Below are positions 58,717 through 64,000 of a stretch of DNA of 64,000 nt, one piece after another (positions within the stretch are counted from its first letter, which is position 1; each line of letters opens with the position of its first letter). The position numbers and the translations under genes were made by a program. This stretch comes from Sedimentisphaerales bacterium (GTDB lineage: Bacteria; Planctomycetota; Phycisphaerae; Sedimentisphaerales; Anaerobacaceae). The notes beneath the pieces were generated by a model. That model worked only from the letters and a program-made list of their open reading frames with translations. It searched no databases and was not told the origin of the DNA. The stretch is from NCBI GenBank assembly GCA_963708075.1, contig OY970194.1, positions 4,160,001 through 4,224,000 on the forward strand, written 5' to 3'.

Positions 58717-58990
58717 TCATTGATGATGGATAATGGATGATTGATGATTCAATCATCGAGGCCGCGGAGGAATCTACGTAGGGGCGAATCATCATTCGCC
58801 CGCCTATTTTCGACACGGATTCAGTTCAAAACGATTGATTTTCAACCGCGAAGCACGCGAAATACGCGAAAACTGCTTCATTCATGTCATTCCCGCGAAG
58901 AGCCTGCCCTCGACCCCCGATCAAGTCGAGGGCAAGCTCTGATCGGGGGCGGGAATCCAGGTTTCTTCACCACCGAGGACCCAGAGGACA

Positions 58991-59335
58991 CGGAGAAAAT
59001 GCAACCGCAAATAGACGCTGATGAACGCAGATTTTCGACTGAAAACTATCGAAAAACACCTCGCAACTGTCTTTTTGTCCGCAGATTACGCCGATCTTCG
59101 CAGATCTCGTAGGGTGTGCACCGCACACCGATCCTCTTTGATTATCTCGCGCAGAACCTGCCCCTTCGGAGAAGCTCAGGGCGGGCCCTGAGCGCAGTCG
59201 AATGGGGACGGCGAGACGCAGAGAACTGCAATCCCCGATAGACCTTCCACTTCAAACATCACACTTCACACTTCAAACTTCACCCATCCCACTTCGCTTC
59301 TCAATCGTAAATCGTCATTCACAAATCGTAAATCC
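58991..59335. repeat. Inverted copy of the 54801-55161 composite repeat
   Basis: Direct reverse-complement comparison with 54801-55161. Confidence 0.9.
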
Positions 59336-59464
59336 AGAGGCCCCTGCCCCGCGAAAAACCGTCGAAGACCTCAGATTCTCATTGGCTTGTGGGCGGGAAT
59401 ATGGTTAATTATGCCTCTTGATGTGACGCGTCGTTGGTTTACGTGTGTACAGGAGGTACGTCGT

Positions 59465-59563
59465 ATGTCGAAATCGAAAGACACAAGGAAAGAGCAGAAG
59501 AAACAGCCGCAGAAAACGCTGAAGGAAAAGAGAGCCGCCAAGCGAGAGAAGAAGAACGCCTGA
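59465..59563 (+). CDS. 32-aa Lys/Arg-rich small protein
   Basis: AGGAGG RBS; MSKSKDTRKEQKKQPQKTLKEKRAAKREKKNA*. Confidence 0.7.
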   Translation: MSKSKDTRKEQKKQPQKTLKEKRAAKREKKNA

Positions 59564-59749
59564 TCCATCCGCGGCACGATCTCTGTTCAAGTCATCCTGG
59601 CCGCCCGGGATAGTACCCGCATCTGCACGATTCAGGGGCCATCGTACTCAGTTCGCCCCGGAAACAGGTAAAGCGTCCCCCGGGACTTGAGAACCTGGCC
59701 AACGCTCATCATATTAGCGAGCATGAGACGGGTGAGTGTTCCGACAGGC

Positions 59750-59914
59750 TTACTTTGCGGCTGTGACCTCAGGCGAGGGAGGTGTCTTTGTAGACTTCCA
59801 TTTGTCCTTGCGGATGAACTCAGTCCAGATCGCCTTGGCCTCCTCTTCGGAGCAAATGAACGGCTTGTCCGTGCCTCGTGCCTTGCGGTATTCTGTGTTC
59901 GTCATGTTCGACAT
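59750..59914 (-). CDS. Possible 54-aa small protein
   Basis: GAGGTG RBS; MSNMTNTEYRKARGTDKPFICSEEEAKAIWTEFIRKDKWKSTKTPPSPEVTAAK*. Confidence 0.4.
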   Translation of the reverse strand: MSNMTNTEYRKARGTDKPFICSEEEAKAIWTEFIRKDKWKSTKTPPSPEVTAAK

Positions 59915-60265
59915 CCTTCACCTCAGACCGGGCGGCACAGTTCGCTCCGAGAGCCATCTTCAGCTTTCGTCAGGGGCGCTCGCCTCAATCCGAGTACATT
60001 CATTATACGCTTCCCGGCCGGACTTCGTCAACCGCAGACTTCCCGCATCATGCCCCCAACGCCAGGTCCCCGGCCAGTCCACCCCCATTGATTCCCCAAA
60101 AAGGCCCTTTGCGAGCCCCTAAACCCCATTCCACCGTCGAAACCCCGCCCGACCAGCGCCAACCATAAATCTTCGTCCGCGACAGTTATTTCCACGATTT
60201 CCTCCCATGTGGCGGACATCCTTCCCAATTCTCAGCCAAAATGAGCCAAGCGTCCCCAGAACTCA

Positions 60266-63200
60266 CTATTCCCTGATTTCTGGCGGCCATGCATAGGCCG
60301 ATCTTCTCACTGATTCATAGTTCGCATCAAGGTCCCGCTGCATCAGAATCAACGCAGCGATCCGGCGGGCCATGTTCATAACGTCGCGTGCCTCTTCGGT
60401 TTTGATCGCTCTGCCAAGGATGCTCTCTTCCCGGTAACTCAGCCATTTCTTGATGACCTGATACCCGCCGATGTTATACTCCCACACGTTCAAGGGGATG
60501 TTGCGCCAATAAGCCGTATCGTTCAGGTACACGTCGCAGGTCTTTTCGCCTAGTAGCCGAATCACGTCTTTGGCTGTCATTCCTCGTGCCGTAGCTTCAG
60601 CTTCGATGGCCTTAAGCTCTCCTGCATCATATGCCCGCAGAGACAGTCTACCCTTGGCGGGCATGACAACACCGCTTTTGCCGGCATGCCCCCAGCCGGC
60701 GATCACGGCCAAGTCGAGCACCGCCTGCCCAATCTTCGTTGTGACGCCGATGATCTTGAACAGAGGACCTAACCTGCCCACCGTGACGCCGGGGATCTCG
60801 GTCTCGGTATCCAGAATTGCTGCGATCCGCTCACCCAACGATGCTGATGCCTGGAGGGCCTTACGCGCAGCGGGCAGCGGAATCCTAGGCCAATCCCGTC
60901 GAATGCCGTCCGCGTTTTGCGCAAGATAGATCGGGCTATATCCAATTGCCAAAGCGTGCATCCAGATCCACCCCGCTGCCTTGGTGTCCACATCGGCATC
61001 TTTGACGCCTACCTTGGCCAAGTAGGCACGTGCAGCCCTGGAGAGATTGGAGACGGGCTGATCCTCGACACGGCTACCGTCCAAGGCATCAAACAGGGTC
61101 GCGTGTTGCCGCTTGTTCAGACGATTCCCATTGCACAACCAAAATGGAATAGCCACCGCATCAGGCACGATGTAGTGGTCATCGAATAGAGTGGCCGCGA
61201 AACTGATAGGATGCGCCTCCCGATCGGAGCTTGACCGAAAGCGGGTAAGGAGAAACTGATTGCCCTTCCAAAGCTGCGCCCAAAGACTTGGACGCGCGCG
61301 GTTCCAGACGGGACTCACCGATGTATAGTAACACCATCGCACGTCAAAGGGACGCAGAACATATCGGCACACGTGGTCGGCGTCGAACGTCTCCGCTTTG
61401 ATGGCTTTCTGGCGTGCTGTCTTGGGCTCGAACGCCGCAGCGCTTTGGGTCAATGCGCCATGTTGAGCCTTATATTCTTCCCAGGACATGTCGGGTGCCA
61501 GATAATTCCGCATCCGCTCTTCAAGTCTCACACGATCTATATCGATCAGCGCTCCGCCTCGCTTCTCCATCAATCCGTTGAACGGTGGAACAGCACACAA
61601 ATCTACCATTTTCGGCCAAGACTGATACTCGCGAGAGACTGCTTCCGGGCGGAAAGAAAGCCGGTTCTCAGACGACGGACAGGCCAGCGTGTACGTCGCG
61701 TCGAACTTCTTGGTCTTGAGGCTATCGTGCAATTTCGCTCGCTTGTCGACGCCCCAGAAGTGGCGAAAACGAACCGTCGGTTTCTTCTGCCGCGTGGCCT
61801 TGCGGACAATGACGCAAATCGTCGTGCCGACTCGAATGCCTTCACGGTTGTAGTCGGTCGAAAAGACGGACGGGTCGGGTTTGCCTTCGGGCGTCAATTT
61901 TCCTGTTTCCCGGCTGTCGCCGTTCATGCAGTCCAACCACAATTTGTCGAACTCCTTGAGAAACCGCTCGCGCATAACAACGAAGGAGGGGTCACCCAGG
62001 TACGAGAAATTGGAAATGAAGGAGATCACTCCCCTGCCGGTCATCTCCGCGATGCGTCGTTCCGCCAAGCGGAGGAATCGCACGTAGAGATCGTCCAGAT
62101 TGAACTTCTTGATACCCCAGCCGCCAGCGCTCGTAGGCTTGTTCAGATTGGCTTTGTAGGGTTCGACCAGCCCTTGTTCCTCCTCCGGGCTGACACCGGC
62201 GAAGGCATTGTAGGGCGGGTTCCCCAGGATCACCAAAATCTTCTTCTTGCGCTTCACTTGCTCGGCGGCGTCGCGCTCCTCCACGAGCTCCGGATAGGGC
62301 AAAGGCAGGGTCGCCTTGGCTCCCCTGGGTAGCTCCCACCCCGTCAAGGCATTGGTCAGATACACGCCGACCCGCTCACCTTTGCTCTGTAACAGCGGCG
62401 CACCTTCCGCCTGGAGCATCAGGCCCAGTTGGAGGTGCGATACCACAAAGGGGGCGGGGAGGATCTCAAAGCCGAACACGCGGTTCATCGCTGCTTCCTT
62501 CAGATCCGACGCGACGAGAGCGTCTCCCGCCTTGTCGCGCAGAGTTGTGGCAATTCGACGGAGGACCTCGACCAGATATGCCCCCGTGCCACAGCAAGGG
62601 TCCAACACGATCACGTTGGGATCGGCCAAACCATCGGGAAGGTCCAACTCCTCGCGCAAAACCGTGTCGACGCGCACAACCTGATACCTGACGATCTCCG
62701 GTGGGGTGTACCAAACGCCCAGTTCCTTGCGCAAGTCCGGGTCGTAGGCCTCGAGGAACGGTTCGTAAAAGTATTGGACCGCGTGCTCGTCCTCGAAACG
62801 CTTGAAGAACTCACCTCGGTCAACACGGTTCAGGACGCCAGCACCCCAGTCCAGCAGTTCCACCAGGCCCAACTGACCAAGCTGGCTGGGTTCGGCGACT
62901 TGCCGGTATAGGGTTCGGATGAAGGGAACATGCAGAGACCATTCGGACGTGCGCCAGTCAAATCGCGTGTTGGGACTGCGGTTGGCTTTGTGCCAGCTTA
63001 CCCATGCGGAGAAGACGCCGTAGAAAAGGGTCTGAACCAGTGTTGATCGGAAGAAGTGCTCGCCCTTGTCGGCAGTGAACTTCATGCCTAAGGCATCTTC
63101 CAGGGCGGATCTTACGGCCTGCAGAGCCGGCAACTGCTTCTGCTGCTCGACACGGAAAAGACCATCGCGTGCGTAGGATGCCAGGAACCATGCCACCAGT

Positions 63201-63808
63201 TTCGGGCTCACCAGCGGCGCATTGTGCAGACATGCTCGCTTGATGAACTCGATGAACTGCTGGCCCTTTTGCTGGGCGGTTGCGCGGGGATGCGCGACCT
63301 TATTCTGCCAGAAATCCCTTTCATCATCCGCCAGCGAGAATGATTCACGTTCCACTGGATGCGCGTTGGTGCCTCGCTCGACGATCAGGAAGTCACGCAG
63401 GTTGGTCACGACAACGATGCCATATAGATTGAGGTACTTGGAAACCTGCTCGCTTGCCGCGACGCCCTTCACTTCCTTCTTCGCTGACTTTGCTTCTATC
63501 GCGCCGCGAGATGGAGGAAGGCCGCGTCCGGGTTTGGCCTCGCTCTTGCGGCCGAACTGATCGGCTGTAAAGAGTCCCCCATCGGGATTGTCTGCTCCTT
63601 GATCCTTCAGGTTCATGACGCAAAGAACTTTGGGCTTCAGTGTCTTGCCCACGGCGTTGAACAGATTGGCCAGAGCCGGGTAATACGATGTCTCAGGCGA
63701 GTTTGCCTGTGTTGAGCGAATGTCCCGCAATTGGGACAGATACGCCTCGGCAATCCCTACAGCCTGATTGGCCGTCATTGGACCGACACTCGCATCCTGC
63801 TTTGCCAT
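60266..63808 (-). CDS. Single-polypeptide R-M enzyme: nuclease-like N-terminus, N6-adenine MTase and type ISP-like C-terminal specificity domain
   Basis: PDGG..IEAK, YFYEPFLEAYDP, GVWYTP, LDPCCGTG, GNPPYN, DLYVRF, YVLRPFDVRW, DWPRIP, IGGYQVIKKWLSYR. Confidence 0.9.
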   Translation of the reverse strand: MAKQDASVGPMTANQAVGIAEAYLSQLRDIRSTQANSPETSYYPALANLFNAVGKTLKPKVLCVMNLKDQGADNPDGGLFTADQFGRKSEAKPGRGLPPSRGAIEAKSAKKEVKGVAASEQVSKYLNLYGIVVVTNLRDFLIVERGTNAHPVERESFSLADDERDFWQNKVAHPRATAQQKGQQFIEFIKRACLHNAPLVSPKLVAWFLASYARDGLFRVEQQKQLPALQAVRSALEDALGMKFTADKGEHFFRSTLVQTLFYGVFSAWVSWHKANRSPNTRFDWRTSEWSLHVPFIRTLYRQVAEPSQLGQLGLVELLDWGAGVLNRVDRGEFFKRFEDEHAVQYFYEPFLEAYDPDLRKELGVWYTPPEIVRYQVVRVDTVLREELDLPDGLADPNVIVLDPCCGTGAYLVEVLRRIATTLRDKAGDALVASDLKEAAMNRVFGFEILPAPFVVSHLQLGLMLQAEGAPLLQSKGERVGVYLTNALTGWELPRGAKATLPLPYPELVEERDAAEQVKRKKKILVILGNPPYNAFAGVSPEEEQGLVEPYKANLNKPTSAGGWGIKKFNLDDLYVRFLRLAERRIAEMTGRGVISFISNFSYLGDPSFVVMRERFLKEFDKLWLDCMNGDSRETGKLTPEGKPDPSVFSTDYNREGIRVGTTICVIVRKATRQKKPTVRFRHFWGVDKRAKLHDSLKTKKFDATYTLACPSSENRLSFRPEAVSREYQSWPKMVDLCAVPPFNGLMEKRGGALIDIDRVRLEERMRNYLAPDMSWEEYKAQHGALTQSAAAFEPKTARQKAIKAETFDADHVCRYVLRPFDVRWCYYTSVSPVWNRARPSLWAQLWKGNQFLLTRFRSSSDREAHPISFAATLFDDHYIVPDAVAIPFWLCNGNRLNKRQHATLFDALDGSRVEDQPVSNLSRAARAYLAKVGVKDADVDTKAAGWIWMHALAIGYSPIYLAQNADGIRRDWPRIPLPAARKALQASASLGERIAAILDTETEIPGVTVGRLGPLFKIIGVTTKIGQAVLDLAVIAGWGHAGKSGVVMPAKGRLSLRAYDAGELKAIEAEATARGMTAKDVIRLLGEKTCDVYLNDTAYWRNIPLNVWEYNIGGYQVIKKWLSYREESILGRAIKTEEARDVMNMARRIAALILMQRDLDANYESVRRSAYAWPPEIRE

Positions 63809-63930
63809 GCCCGAAATCCCTTGACCTTACGAATGAACCGAAGTGCCAGCCATCTTACTCGACCCGGCGCAGATGTCAAACGATCTCTGCACCCCAGGGC
63901 CACTCTTGTACGAACGAGTTTCCCAGAAGA

Positions 63931-63963
63931 GCGGTGGGCGGAGCCCACCTTACCGGCTCTCGC
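63931..63963. repeat. GTAG-type REP-like palindrome (GGTGGGCGGAGCCCACCTTAC family)
   Basis: Related copies near 50664-50698, 54286-54320 and 55427-55443; partial copies near 23185, 53975 and 54784. Confidence 0.75.
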
Positions 63964-64000
63964 GTGGTTCGCGCCTGCGGCTGGACGAGGGCGGGCACGG

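Overview
High-GC bacterial window. The LEPR-XLL giant protein, the VPLPA-CTERM protein and the repeat families suggest Planctomycetota, probably Phycisphaerae (inference). Left to right it holds: (1) a >5,000-aa LEPR-XLL beta-helical surface protein running off the left edge; (2) a VPLPA-CTERM protein; (3) a decayed ~6.3-kb island at tRNA-Phe, with an att repeat, a gutted tyrosine integrase, an intact HD-CE/Hsp90-like ATPase gene, a dead transposase and a tRNA-Pro scar; (4) an OmpR-type two-component pair and a deleted Phd/ParE toxin-antitoxin pair; (5) the most striking gene, a ~916-aa fusion of an M50 (site-2 protease)-like HExxH membrane domain to a circularly permuted enolase that keeps its catalytic residues, followed by an FtsB-like gene; (6) IS1182 inserted in a palindrome; (7) ECF sigma/anti-sigma, psd-pssA, cdaA-cdaR, cstA, SPFH, der and a MacAB-TolC-type exporter; (8) a mini-IS701, an HsdR-N nuclease/P-loop NTPase candidate defence gene and an MNT/truncated HEPN pair; (9) hemW-lepA between long inverted repeats; (10) a helicase-less type ISP-like R-M gene. 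Intergenic DNA is full of REP-like palindromes and heptamer repeats, and two of these families have entered coding sequences in frame. Many single-base frameshifts look like long-read assembly errors. All family calls come from motif recognition by eye; no database search was run.
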